Origin: a virus | Direction: 5' to 3' (one strand) | Length of the DNA: 64,000 nucleotides | Virus record (IMG/VR): IMGVR_UViG_3300010430_000020 | Span: 1 to 64,000 of that record | In this document: piece after piece, positions 47,101-55,371 of the stretch | Layout of the letters: the number at the start of each line of letters is the position of its first letter | Numbering within the stretch: position 1 is the first letter of the stretch | The notes under the pieces: model-generated | What the model was told of the DNA's origin: nothing | Databases searched by the model: none | The model's input: only the letters and a program-made list of their open reading frames with translations | Translations under genes and position numbers: made by a program

Positions 47101-47983
47101 CGCTTACTTCAACAGTGACTTCTTTCTTGTCAGCCTTTTTCTCGGCTTTCTTTTCAGCAATCTCTGCTTTCTTCTCTTCTTTCTTTTCGGCTTTCTCTTC
47201 TTTCTCTAGAAGTTTCTCTTCGATCTTCTTGGACTTTTCCGCGATCTTTTCTTCGACCTTGGCCAGTTTATCCTCAATCTTGAGATCGGCTTCTTTGAGT
47301 TTTTTGACGTGCTCCTTGGCCGCTTCTTTTTTGTGGCCTAGAGTTTTCATCAGAGCTTCTGTTTCTGCCTCATCGATCTTTTCTGGATCATCGAGGTCCA
47401 TAACACCAACTGGCTTGCCAGCTGAGTTATACATATAGCGACGGAAGCCCATACGCTGCTTACGCAACTTGGCGCGGCCACCACTATCAAACTTGACCTT
47501 ACCAGAATCCGGCAGAACCTTAAACAGCTCATCTTCTTTGACTGTCAGTGCATCCTTGACTTCAACAACGCCACTTTCCAGCATTGGTTCGCCAGCTTTG
47601 CGAAGCTTGTAGGTTACATACAACACGCCACCATCAAAAACAGAACCCTCTAATCTCAATGTAGATGAGATTGGGAACTTAACATAGACGTTGCCATCGG
47701 CGATTCCCTTATGGAAATACACATCATCTGCTTCTGCTGGCTCTTTTGTTTCGGTAGCTTTAATTACTAGCAGGCCGCCTTCATGAGAGGCACCTACATC
47801 GGTCACATTGTATCCGACCATTGATACCTGAACAACAAATGTTTCGGCGTCGGTTTGTACAATATTGTAAGGGGGATAGTCTTCTGAAAAGTATTCTGAA
47901 CCTAGTCCGTCCACCACTTTGAATAGGTGATCGAATCCTACGCCCAGTTTCTTTAGAAACTCGTAGCGATTGTCTACAGACAT
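44186..47983 (-). CDS. Giant Hsp20/alpha-crystallin-domain protein with 8 acidic repeats (~1265 aa)
   Basis: N-terminal GVGFD.LF...YPPYNI...YFHKGIA...F...DGGVL; AAGGAG SD before ATG 47983. Confidence 0.85.
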   Translation of the reverse strand: MSVDNRYEFLKKLGVGFDHLFKVVDGLGSEYFSEDYPPYNIVQTDAETFVVQVSMVGYNVTDVGASHEGGLLVIKATETKEPAEADDVYFHKGIADGNVYVKFPISSTLRLEGSVFDGGVLYVTYKLRKAGEPMLESGVVEVKDALTVKEDELFKVLPDSGKVKFDSGGRAKLRKQRMGFRRYMYNSAGKPVGVMDLDDPEKIDEAETEALMKTLGHKKEAAKEHVKKLKEADLKIEDKLAKVEEKIAEKSKKIEEKLLEKEEKAEKKEEKKAEIAEKKAEKKADKKEVTVEVSAPDNKPQIIEAKVDKKGDSKIDVELKDATIEVSDDVVLLPVKTEAGKADVVVALKEDDKKLLDEAKVDIVDTVKEVVDALDAAPKLPEKTEKAEEKKTVLVDKEKADKPTVEVTLPKEIPSVVELKKDDKPTKADIPAVKLEDTVEDIKEDAVLLPVVMPEGKPDVVVAVDPVLKDELEAKDIDVKGVVESAAAEVVEEVKTSEPVDEVKLEEADKAEVVAEVEEKKADIVLVNKEDDKKETLEVKKDLVEDVPVVELKIDEENKDAVTDMPPLKVEDAMVEVSDDAELVVVKTEEGKSDVVVAAAPEVVEVLEKAKTDLLEVAKEIVDAPELVDEPKVVIDEETKEEIEIHPEDVTVLVDKTDDEKPTVEMTLPDVVEPIMEVVLKDAPEIVVEEPAVELKPVAEDIPADGALMPVVTPDGQPDMVVVAKPEVVEELKKDGVKDLAEVVEKAINQADVLVDAPVLDEAKVEEASKVEAVVEKLDEIAKEPATIVVDKDSDKPTVEVTLAAEESPQVVAVKLDDNPANKEIPSIVVEDATIEVGDNKELLVIKTDEDKADVVIAIDPIEKEALETEGVVIEEVVKDALETNDALPEVPAVEEEVEPVTVMVDKMDETKDTVEVTTPEVLPQVVEAVLDPDPANNEIVSVDLVDVKEDIPEDAELVAVVTPEGQPDLIVAVDKEVEAAVEDVVEVLEKAVNIADVEVVPTDSTTVKDEDMAEAMEVEEVVEKLDEIAKEPATLLIDETSDKPTVEVTLAAEEAPQLLEVKLDEKPSSDAPAIILEDATVEVKADEVELIPVKTDEGMSDVVLAVEPAVKAELEDKGVVLEEVVKAALETNDSVPVLPEATVTAPLEKVVVDDVTVEMPEVLPQLVELEKEGDKLVLTDTSEDILPEAKLEVVETPAGEADIVMAVEADVVEAVKAKGLDPVKLVEKAIDKVKPTVETVVEADLPEPEPVGDKPIVVVKKPGA

Positions 47984-48020
47984 ATGAGGTCTCCTTTTTA
48001 CGCGCGTAAACGAGATGTGA
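47984..48020 (-). promoter_or_regulatory. ROSE-like SD-sequestering hairpin (giant sHSP leader)
   Basis: UCUC(G)UUU can pair with AAGGAGA, leaving a bulged G. Confidence 0.5.
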
Positions 48021-48047
48021 TGGTGTAAATTTACCATATATTTAGTA

Positions 48048-48069
48048 GGGGGTGGATTTCTCCACCCCC
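48048..48069 (-). terminator. GC-rich hairpin after hsp20, followed by a CTAAATA late-type element
   Basis: GGGGGTGGA-GAAA-TCCACCCCC; no long U-tract. Confidence 0.55.
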
Positions 48070-48078
48070 GGTCATGCG

Positions 48079-48534
48079 TCACCGCTCCTCTTGCAGGAGT
48101 AATTTTTCATCATTGACATCGGTATCTGCCTCAAGATGTTTACCTATTGGTATCTGTCTTGGTTTTTTATGCTCGGGTATCTCTCTATCGAGCAAAATTT
48201 TCAATATTCCATCCTCTAAAGATACACCTATTATCTTCACATCCGGCGACAGGACAAATTGTCTCCTAAAAGAGCGCATTCCTATGCCTTTGTGCATATA
48301 TTGCTCGTTGTTCTCTGGATTATCCTTTTTACCGGATATCTTGAGTACATCCTCAGCAAATTCAACTGATAGATCAGACTCCTTGAAACCGGCGACCGCC
48401 AGCTCTAGTAATGTCTGATGTCCATCAAGTTTTAATATGTTGTATGGTGGGTAATTGGACTGGTTCGTGATGTTCTCGCGGTTCATTTCCGCAAATAGGC
48501 GATCTAATCCAACACTGTATGGTGTGTGCATCAT
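48079..48534 (-). CDS. hsp20: Small heat shock protein (IbpA-like Hsp20)
   Basis: VGLDRLF, NYPPYNI, ELAVAGF, YMHKGIG.RSF.RQF, L.DGIL, KPRQIPI; AGGAGG SD. Confidence 0.93.
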   Translation of the reverse strand: MMHTPYSVGLDRLFAEMNRENITNQSNYPPYNILKLDGHQTLLELAVAGFKESDLSVEFAEDVLKISGKKDNPENNEQYMHKGIGMRSFRRQFVLSPDVKIIGVSLEDGILKILLDREIPEHKKPRQIPIGKHLEADTDVNDEKLLLQEER

Positions 48535-48604
48535 TTCTTCCTCCTTCCAAAGCAAGGTTACATTATTGTTGCAGCCGCTATTGCGCACTGCACTCTTATT
48601 TATA
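48535..48604 (-). promoter_or_regulatory. Late promoter TATAAATA plus ROSE-like RNA thermometer leader
   Basis: TATAAATA at 48604-48597; CCUU(G)CUU pairs with AAGGAGG. Confidence 0.7.
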
Positions 48605-48611
48605 TGCTTTG

Positions 48612-48884
48612 TCATTTTCTCAGGAAGGTAAAGTTCAGCACCGCCATTATCACCGCCGTGACAATGGTTGATACAGCCAAATACATGCCTCGTTGAACAG
48701 GTACAAATGTGTCACGGTTTATATAGTACTCCCTCAGTTTCTTTTCTAGTTGGAAGTTATCATCATTGATTTCGGATTTGAGAGCTATCAAATCACGCTC
48801 TAGATGTAGTATCTGTTTCTCGATATTTTTTGTTCGTTCGTCAATACGGGCCAATAGTACAGAGTTATCGTTAGGTTCTGCCAT
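48612..48884 (-). CDS. coiled coil plus C-terminal TM protein (holin-like candidate)
   Basis: LLARIDERTKNI, single C-terminal TM; upstream CTAAATA. Confidence 0.6.
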   Translation of the reverse strand: MAEPNDNSVLLARIDERTKNIEKQILHLERDLIALKSEINDDNFQLEKKLREYYINRDTFVPVQRGMYLAVSTIVTAVIMAVLNFTFLRK

Positions 48885-48921
48885 AGGCTCTTTCTTTGGA
48901 ATGAGTGGTCATCTCCAATAT

Positions 48922-49164
48922 TTAGGATAGAAGCTCGTTAATCTTTTCCCAATCATCATAAGAAAGAATTATGTCAAATTCCAACGGGTCTAATAGACAT
49001 CCATATGATGCCGTTAGAACAGTCATGATCTCATTCACTCGGTTCATGGCAATCTGTTTTTCTCTCGTTACCTTGCTGTCTCGACAGGCCATTCTGAAAT
49101 TTTCATCACACTGCCGAAGAACCGTCTTCAGAGAAGAATGACTCTTTGGTTTGAGTAACATCAT
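48922..49164 (-). CDS. hypothetical protein
   Basis: ORF track; coupled. Confidence 0.6.
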   Translation of the reverse strand: MMLLKPKSHSSLKTVLRQCDENFRMACRDSKVTREKQIAMNRVNEIMTVLTASYGCLLDPLEFDIILSYDDWEKINELLS

Positions 49165-49394
49165 CTGTGGCCTTTCTTTTTCTTCTTATCAAATAAGAAA
49201 TCGACCCTTTCTTCTGGAGTTGTGCCGCTCAAGAGAAATTCCCTATCATCTGCTGATAGATCATGAAAAACCTCCTGTATGGGCTTCCCTGGCTTTCCTT
49301 TGGGCCTCCATTCATCCAGGCGCTCCTGTGTCACCGCAGGCATATCCCTGATATGAATTTCTTTGGTAAGGATCGAGCGTCTAGTAATTTTCAT
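49161..49394 (-). CDS. conserved phage hypothetical protein
   Basis: IQEVF..LSADDREFL.SG.TPEE; start at MKITR. Confidence 0.65.
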   Translation of the reverse strand: MKITRRSILTKEIHIRDMPAVTQERLDEWRPKGKPGKPIQEVFHDLSADDREFLLSGTTPEERVDFLFDKKKKKGHR

Positions 49395-50121
49395 AATCAA
49401 ACAACTCTTTCTGTGCTGGCATAAATGTATCGATGGATTTGGGGATATAATCTTCATGGAGATCAACAATGATCTCTGGCCGCATCGCGACTACCAGAAC
49501 TGGACATCTACCCGCTGCATTCGCATCCAAATGTTTAAGCAATTTGCTAACAATTGTCACACTCTTATTGTTTGGTTTTCTGGTTTGTTCAGGTAGGTTA
49601 TAGACCGCATCGAAAAATTCATCGCTTCGAGTTATTATGATCCCAACACTACACTGACTTAACTCCCGGTGATCCGCAAAACATTTCAGGTCTCTCTGGT
49701 ATGAGGTATCATTGGTGCTATATTCCAATTCGCAGTATATTCTGTATTTCATATAATCGACATGATGAGATTTCTTGACTATTTCTTTTTTGTCGGCATT
49801 CAACTTTGCTATTATCTCAGGATCAACATCATTGGTGCGAAAATCCATACCGGGTATGTAAGTCATTTTAGGTCTGCCCTCAAACCACCCATATAGTTTC
49901 ATCAGCTCATCCAGTTGCTTTGCAGCTGGCGATTTTCCTTTTGCGGGGCGCACGACATCATACCGGGTCAGATTGAATTTACCCAGAACTGTCATGAGTT
50001 CATTATGGTCTTTAGAAAAGTCGTTTGCTAGGATACAGCTTGCATGATCAAAACTGTACATATCATATTTTCGGAATAACTCATGGGGTATCCATTTTTT
50101 AAAGTTCTCGGAGTCTTTCAT
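49381..50121 (-). CDS. BglII/BstYI-family restriction endonuclease-like protein
   Basis: SHHVDYMK.RI..ELEY..ND....RDL...VGIIITR...G.CPVLV. Confidence 0.7.
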   Translation of the reverse strand: MKDSENFKKWIPHELFRKYDMYSFDHASCILANDFSKDHNELMTVLGKFNLTRYDVVRPAKGKSPAAKQLDELMKLYGWFEGRPKMTYIPGMDFRTNDVDPEIIAKLNADKKEIVKKSHHVDYMKYRIYCELEYSTNDTSYQRDLKCFADHRELSQCSVGIIITRSDEFFDAVYNLPEQTRKPNNKSVTIVSKLLKHLDANAAGRCPVLVVAMRPEIIVDLHEDYIPKSIDTFMPAQKELFDYENY

Positions 50122-50128
50122 GTTGTAC

Positions 50129-50536
50129 TCACTGTGTGTGTTTTCTTTTACTTCCTATGCTGTATTTTTGTTCCAGGGTCCATTCGGACTTCTCTTTGTA
50201 AGGGATGACCTTAATCTGGTTCATCGGCGTGCGGGGGGATTCGATCTTCTCCTTATCAACAATATCAAGGAGGTTCCATTCCTCTAGGAGTGATGTGATC
50301 GTATTCCGCCGCCCCTTATCTTCCTCGGAGAAATCAGTGCTTTTACCATCCAGAGCGAATAACTCCTTGAAGTGAACAATGTAATACTTGCCCTTCTTGT
50401 GTAGGATATGACAGGATTGAAAAAGCTTTTTGTCTTTGCGGGAAATGACGCCAATACGAGTGAGGGTTTCTTTGATCTTCAAAAAATCATTATCGTCTTT
50501 GAGCTTAATCTCCACTAGTGTCTCTACCAAATTCAT
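50129..50536 (-). CDS. regA: Translational repressor RegA
   Basis: DFLKIKETLTRIG, QSCHILHK.G.YYIVHFKELF. Confidence 0.97.
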   Translation of the reverse strand: MNLVETLVEIKLKDDNDFLKIKETLTRIGVISRKDKKLFQSCHILHKKGKYYIVHFKELFALDGKSTDFSEEDKGRRNTITSLLEEWNLLDIVDKEKIESPRTPMNQIKVIPYKEKSEWTLEQKYSIGSKRKHTQ

Positions 50537-50907
50537 TTTGTGCCACCTTGTTCAAATTTTTTTCTTATCGTTGCAAGTTGTTCTTTTGTTAGTATCGCTA
50601 GCGCCTCTCGGGCCTTGTGGAGATTGCACTTATAGTAATCACGAAGCATCATCAAATCTGAATCATCAAACTTCTTAATCCATTTAGCGCCCCGACTCTT
50701 CGGTAGCAGATGGAAATAATAGTCATACTGTAGTTTATGATCTAAGTTACTCATCAAGTTCATCTCATTGGCGTGCATGAGGGTATTAATACTCAGCGAT
50801 AATGATCTATTTATCAAATGAGGAACGTAAGCTTTTTCTGTAACCTGATCAATTATGAGATATTCTTTCGTTTTGATGAGAGATTTCACATAATCGAAGG
50901 GGCTCAT
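50533..50907 (-). CDS. 62: Clamp loader small subunit (gp62)
   Basis: INRSLS...ANEMN...LQYDY; synteny with gp44 and regA. Confidence 0.9.
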   Translation of the reverse strand: MSPFDYVKSLIKTKEYLIIDQVTEKAYVPHLINRSLSLSINTLMHANEMNLMSNLDHKLQYDYYFHLLPKSRGAKWIKKFDDSDLMMLRDYYKCNLHKAREALAILTKEQLATIRKKFEQGGTK

Positions 50908-51098
50908 TCTTCTATACCCCGCGCGGCATTAACATGCATCCCGACAGCACTCAGAAGCAGGCCCAGAATCAGTAGAACTACAGCAGTGAAGAAATTATTG
51001 GATACGGCAGGGACCAATTCGGCAGAGACTAACAACTCATACGTTGCTATTGCCATCAGACACGTCCCTATTTTGTACAGGAAGCTTATCTTTTTCAT
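50904..51098 (-). CDS. small two-TM membrane protein
   Basis: Hydrophobic ORF between gp44 and gp62. Confidence 0.55.
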   Translation of the reverse strand: MKKISFLYKIGTCLMAIATYELLVSAELVPAVSNNFFTAVVLLILGLLLSAVGMHVNAARGIEE

Positions 51099-51285
51099 CG
51101 TTAACCCTATCCTCTAACATCTGCGACAAGGCATCAGCATAACTCTCGCACACTTTTTCACAATGCTTACATATGGGGGCGTTCTTTTTGCCCTCCTTGC
51201 AATACATTTGGATATCGGCATACGACTTCCACGGCCAATGAATCAGGAGAGCGCGGCAGAATAAACATCTAGAATACAGCTTCAT
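51037..51285 (-). CDS. small CxxC protein
   Basis: Coupled to the gp44 stop. Confidence 0.55.
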   Translation of the reverse strand: MKLYSRCLFCRALLIHWPWKSYADIQMYCKEGKKNAPICKHCEKVCESYADALSQMLEDRVNDEKDKLPVQNRDVSDGNSNV

Positions 51286-52220
51286 TTGAACTCACAATTG
51301 GCCATTACTTCGGTCAGGAATGCAGCAAGATTGATCTCTTTGTCTGCGGCGAGAACATCTTGATACGAGTACTTAGCAATAAGTACCACAAGATAGGGCA
51401 GATCATTTGGTTTAATATACTCATTCATATGATCATAGAACTTGCGGTAGAACTGTCCTGTATCCATCTGAGAATTGTCGGCGACCCACTGCCTGACTGA
51501 GGTAAAATTCTTGCTTTTCATATACCCCATGAGCTTATTCAGCGATACATCACGGAAAACATTCAGGATACCATTGTCGATGTGCCCCCGCGCAGAATAG
51601 TACTGGAGTTCATTCAACACTCGCCGGAAGTCTGGATAGTGCTTTTTAATCACCGCTGCCAGCACATCAGCGACGAAGGGTATTCCCTCTTCCCTGAGTA
51701 TATGAATGCAATTTTGCATGAAGTGTTTGCATAACGTAACGGCCTCATCATGAGAGATTTTGAAATCCACTGATGAACACCGGGACTGAATAGCTGGAAT
51801 GATCCGATTGCGGTAATTGGCTGTCAGTATAAACCCACAGTTACTACTGAATTCCTCCATGAAATTGCGAAGCGCTGGCTGCATATGCGGGGTCAGATAA
51901 TCCGCCTCATCCAGAATGACGTATTTACGCCCGCCCATCAGAGATGTTGATGTGGCGAATTGTTGGATATGCGTGCGGAGGGTTTCAATCCCTCCTTCCA
52001 GAGACCCATTAATAACGATATAATCTGCGCCCAACTCTTCGAGTATAGCCTTGGCGGCAGTGGTCTTACCAACACCAGACGGACCCACGAGAAGTAGGTT
52101 GGGCACATTTTTGTCATCAACGAATTTCTGTAAGGTGTCTTGGATATCCCTCGGTAGGATGATATCACCCACTTTGCGTGGACGATATTTCTCAACCCAC
52201 AAAAATTCTTCTTTCATCAT
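51282..52220 (-). CDS. 44: Clamp loader large subunit (gp44)
   Basis: LWVEKYRP, GPSGVGKTT, LDEAD, SRC, PDFRR. Confidence 0.96.
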   Translation of the reverse strand: MMKEEFLWVEKYRPRKVGDIILPRDIQDTLQKFVDDKNVPNLLLVGPSGVGKTTAAKAILEELGADYIVINGSLEGGIETLRTHIQQFATSTSLMGGRKYVILDEADYLTPHMQPALRNFMEEFSSNCGFILTANYRNRIIPAIQSRCSSVDFKISHDEAVTLCKHFMQNCIHILREEGIPFVADVLAAVIKKHYPDFRRVLNELQYYSARGHIDNGILNVFRDVSLNKLMGYMKSKNFTSVRQWVADNSQMDTGQFYRKFYDHMNEYIKPNDLPYLVVLIAKYSYQDVLAADKEINLAAFLTEVMANCEFK

Positions 52221-52225
52221 ATATC

Positions 52226-52882
52226 CTAAAATTCAGAGTGTTTAGAGTTGAGTGTAATCCAGTACTCTATACTATCTCCTTTCCAATGTGTAACGCCTCT
52301 CCGATCAATCTCAACGTCATAAGCCTGTTGGATCAGGTTAAGATTTTCTGACTGGATCACAGCTCTAAACTTGCGGTCGCTGGTACCCAATTCGATGGCA
52401 AACTCATCACGGGTCACGCCAGAGGCATCCAGGGCCTTGATCCAGAGCTTTTCTCCATCACCCTCTATAGATACCTGTTCGAGGTTCAACGTCCTCCTGG
52501 CCTTGTCTACGGCCCGTATAACATCAGATGAGATGTGGACCGTATCAAACGGCTCGATCTCAACCTCATTATCGGATGCGATATGCAACACATCTGGGTT
52601 GGCATAGACATAACGCATCGTGGATGGCCCGGATCGGATTGTCAGATAGGTATCTGTGAAATAGATATCCGGGTCTGAGAATAGGCCGATGGCATTGAGT
52701 AGTTTTTTTAGTTCATAGATTCCGACATCAACAGGAAACTCATCATCGATATTGGCCTGTCCCAGCACAGTTTTGTTCTGGGATACAGTACGGATGCGGT
52801 GCCCCTTACGAATCAGAATGTTATTGTTGATGTCGGAGAAGTTTTTCAAAACAGATAACGTGTTATCTGACAATTTCATCAT
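52226..52882 (-). CDS. 45: Sliding clamp (gp45)
   Basis: MKLS..TL.VLKNFS.IN..I; GIYEL; synteny. Confidence 0.93.
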   Translation of the reverse strand: MMKLSDNTLSVLKNFSDINNNILIRKGHRIRTVSQNKTVLGQANIDDEFPVDVGIYELKKLLNAIGLFSDPDIYFTDTYLTIRSGPSTMRYVYANPDVLHIASDNEVEIEPFDTVHISSDVIRAVDKARRTLNLEQVSIEGDGEKLWIKALDASGVTRDEFAIELGTSDRKFRAVIQSENLNLIQQAYDVEIDRRGVTHWKGDSIEYWITLNSKHSEF

Positions 52883-52896
52883 TTCAGCTCCAATTT

Positions 52897-53118
52897 CTAT
52901 GAATTGAATGGTTGTATGATTCTCAAAATTCTATCATATTCTGCATCACGAACCTTCACGTTATCAAATGACCATGCATAGCGGGCATCTCGTGCGGTCG
53001 AAAATTCGATCAGGTACAAATTAGGCATATCCTGCTTTGGTTTGTGGAAATACAAAATATGGTCTAGATTGAGTGGAACATTCCCAAGTTCCAGGTCTTC
53101 CGGGAAAAGCCATTTCAT
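52897..53118 (-). CDS. hypothetical protein
   Basis: ORF with SD. Confidence 0.6.
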   Translation of the reverse strand: MKWLFPEDLELGNVPLNLDHILYFHKPKQDMPNLYLIEFSTARDARYAWSFDNVKVRDAEYDRILRIIQPFNS

Positions 53119-53121
53119 AAT

Positions 53122-54159
53122 TTATCCTTTCTTCGCCGGGGCCTTTTTTGGAGTCTTCACGGGGATCGGGCGCGGCTTTGGTTTCTTACTCTCTTCTGGC
53201 TTCTTCAGCTGGCGCACATCGGCTGTGGCAGCGGCTCCAATCGAGGCAATATCTGCCAGAGAACCTCCGAACACGTATGATCCGACGTGGGACAGTTTCA
53301 TCCAGGGACAGAACCAGACCTTGCCACCTGCCCGTCGTATTAGATAGCAGAAGTTATAATCCTCTGACAAGTACCTCCTACTAGCATGGGCCTCATTGCT
53401 AAGGTAATGATCTGCCATCTTTTTTATTTCTTCGATTGTATCAGCATCCTTGCTGTCAGCATCAATCAGACGAGACATCAATTTATGTGCATCGGTAAAT
53501 GTATAGCCCCTGTCAATGATGCAATCAAAGTAGGCCATAATCGACCGCGTGCCATCGAAATGCTCAGTACGAACATGGTCTGGGCGATAGCTCTGTTGGG
53601 GATAGTGACCATCAAAAAGCTCGAAAGTATTGCGCCTGATCAACATGAACCCAGTGCCCGCTTCTGACACCTCAACTGGCTGATTGATCGGGATTTCCTG
53701 CTGCCCGCTCACCGGATTGAAAACATAGTCTCCAACAAACTTATCCAGGTTGTTGGGATTCTCATCGGCTGCGCCCTTATCAACGGCTTGTTTGATCTTC
53801 TCCCAGGATATACATTTCTTGGGGTAGGGACCGGCAATCACATCATATTCGGTGTCATCATTTGACAGTGCGAGCAGAGCAATGACATCATTAGGATCGA
53901 ACCCAATATCAGAGTCGATAAACATCAGGTGGGTAGAACCCGACCGCATGAATTCATCACAGCAGTAATTGCGCGCCCGAGTAATCAGACTTTCATTGAA
54001 GAGGTAATAGATTTTCAGTTCGATTCCATAACGCAGGCATAAGCCAGCTAGGTCTGACATGCTCTTACAGAACATCCCAGAACATTGACCCCCATACATC
54101 GGCGTCGCAAGAAATAGCTTCTTCTTAGCCAATTCCTCTTTTGAGCATTTGATTTGCAT
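53122..54159 (-). CDS. GT-A-fold glycosyltransferase-like protein
   Basis: ATPMYGG, ESLITRARN, FIDSDI (DxD), GTGFMLI, LSEDY.FC, HVG. Confidence 0.8.
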   Translation of the reverse strand: MQIKCSKEELAKKKLFLATPMYGGQCSGMFCKSMSDLAGLCLRYGIELKIYYLFNESLITRARNYCCDEFMRSGSTHLMFIDSDIGFDPNDVIALLALSNDDTEYDVIAGPYPKKCISWEKIKQAVDKGAADENPNNLDKFVGDYVFNPVSGQQEIPINQPVEVSEAGTGFMLIRRNTFELFDGHYPQQSYRPDHVRTEHFDGTRSIMAYFDCIIDRGYTFTDAHKLMSRLIDADSKDADTIEEIKKMADHYLSNEAHASRRYLSEDYNFCYLIRRAGGKVWFCPWMKLSHVGSYVFGGSLADIASIGAAATADVRQLKKPEESKKPKPRPIPVKTPKKAPAKKG

Positions 54160-54454
54160 CCGTGTGTTCCTTTTTATGTACGTATAATTGTATCAATGCA
54201 TAATGTAAAATTTTCATTAGATCGGCCTCATTATATCCGTCTTTTTTACCATATCGCTTGGCGTACTTGATGACATTCCCGATACAGAAACCTGTACCGT
54301 GACCAGCATCAATAATCAGGTCAGTCGCTTGATAGCGCTCACCGGAATAGTGGGAGTTGTAAGTTGCTGCTACATAGTCGAGCAGACGTTCCAGATTTGT
54401 GTCTTCATCGAATTTGAAGTCAGGTAGGTTGCTTGTTTGCTTGCTCAATTTCAT
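54125..54454 (-). CDS. DUF3310-like protein
   Basis: HY...GFCIGNVIKYA.RYGKK.G...DL.K..HY. Confidence 0.75.
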   Translation of the reverse strand: MKLSKQTSNLPDFKFDEDTNLERLLDYVAATYNSHYSGERYQATDLIIDAGHGTGFCIGNVIKYAKRYGKKDGYNEADLMKILHYALIQLYVHKKEHTDANQMLKRGIG

Positions 54455-54995
54455 TCTTTACTGCATCCCAATCTATTTCACTCGGTTTATATTCCATCAC
54501 GTATTTCTGCGACTTCTTCAGAGCCATATCCAGCTTGAGCTTACTTATGCGATCAATGAACAACACACCCTCTATATGGTCATATTCATGCTGTACCACG
54601 CGCGCAGTCATACCAGTGTAAGTTCGTGTCACGATCTCACTGTTGGGGAGCTGATAGCGGATTTTAATGGATCGGGGGCGGCGGACCTTGAAGCATAGAT
54701 TTGGGAATGTCAGGCACCCCTCATCCATCTCAATTTGATCATTCTCTGATGCATCCACCATGACAGGATTGTAGCAGACGAGTACTGGGTCCGACCGGAT
54801 AGCAAATACTCTGTAAGGTTTGCCCAACTGTGGTGCTGCCAGTCCAATCCCGCCATAGTGAAGCATGTGCTCGGTCAAATCGCGAGCAAACTGTACCGGG
54901 TCTTCCGGGGGCTCCATGAAGCTGAATATTTCTGTTTCTTCTCTGAGAATCGGGTCGCTGGAATCTACCAGCGGATACTTAGGCGTGAATTCCAT
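54420..54995 (-). CDS. def: Peptide deformylase
   Basis: GIGLAAPQ, EGCLT, QHEYDH. Confidence 0.95.
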   Translation of the reverse strand: MEFTPKYPLVDSSDPILREETEIFSFMEPPEDPVQFARDLTEHMLHYGGIGLAAPQLGKPYRVFAIRSDPVLVCYNPVMVDASENDQIEMDEGCLTFPNLCFKVRRPRSIKIRYQLPNSEIVTRTYTGMTARVVQHEYDHIEGVLFIDRISKLKLDMALKKSQKYVMEYKPSEIDWDAVKNEIEQANKQPT

Positions 54996-55188
54996 TTTCT
55001 GCTTCTAACAACTCATCCTCTGTACGATATGTCCTCTCAAGGGCGTTCTGTATGGTATACAGGGTCTGACTTGAGAACCCATCGCTGGTTTTCAATTTTT
55101 CAACTCGAATACCGGTAATTACTGTGCGTCTCTTCAGTAACAAATCCCAGACTCGATCTCCTATGCTGTACTTAGTCTCGATAATCAT
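54979..55188 (-). CDS. hypothetical protein
   Basis: IETKYSIGDRVW. Confidence 0.6.
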   Translation of the reverse strand: MIIETKYSIGDRVWDLLLKRRTVITGIRVEKLKTSDGFSSQTLYTIQNALERTYRTEDELLEAENGIHA

Positions 55189-55370
55189 GTCGCCTTACGC
55201 TTTACATTTATTGTTTGGTGTACTGAAATGGTTTGCGGTGGGATTTCATCCTCAATGACTTTATTCGGAGTGGTCATTGCAAACTCTTTGTTCTCACCCA
55301 TGTATCCATAGAAATAGGCATTGTATTCATCACCCTTTCTGGTTACCTTGACTTTATCTCCGCGCTTCAT
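55185..55370 (-). CDS. hypothetical protein
   Basis: GDKVKV; coupled. Confidence 0.55.
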   Translation of the reverse strand: MKRGDKVKVTRKGDEYNAYFYGYMGENKEFAMTTPNKVIEDEIPPQTISVHQTINVKRKAT

Positions 55371-55371
55371 T

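Noticed and set aside
44202-47438. Long Ser/Thr-rich plus-strand ORFs (up to 448 aa)
   Set aside because: Antisense shadows of the E/D/V/K-rich giant gene; no SD or promoter support.
47984-48082. N-terminal extension of the 1298-aa ORF (also 48535-48615 for hsp20 and 2265-2345)
   Set aside because: The extensions run through hairpins, promoters or terminators; strong SDs mark the downstream ATGs.
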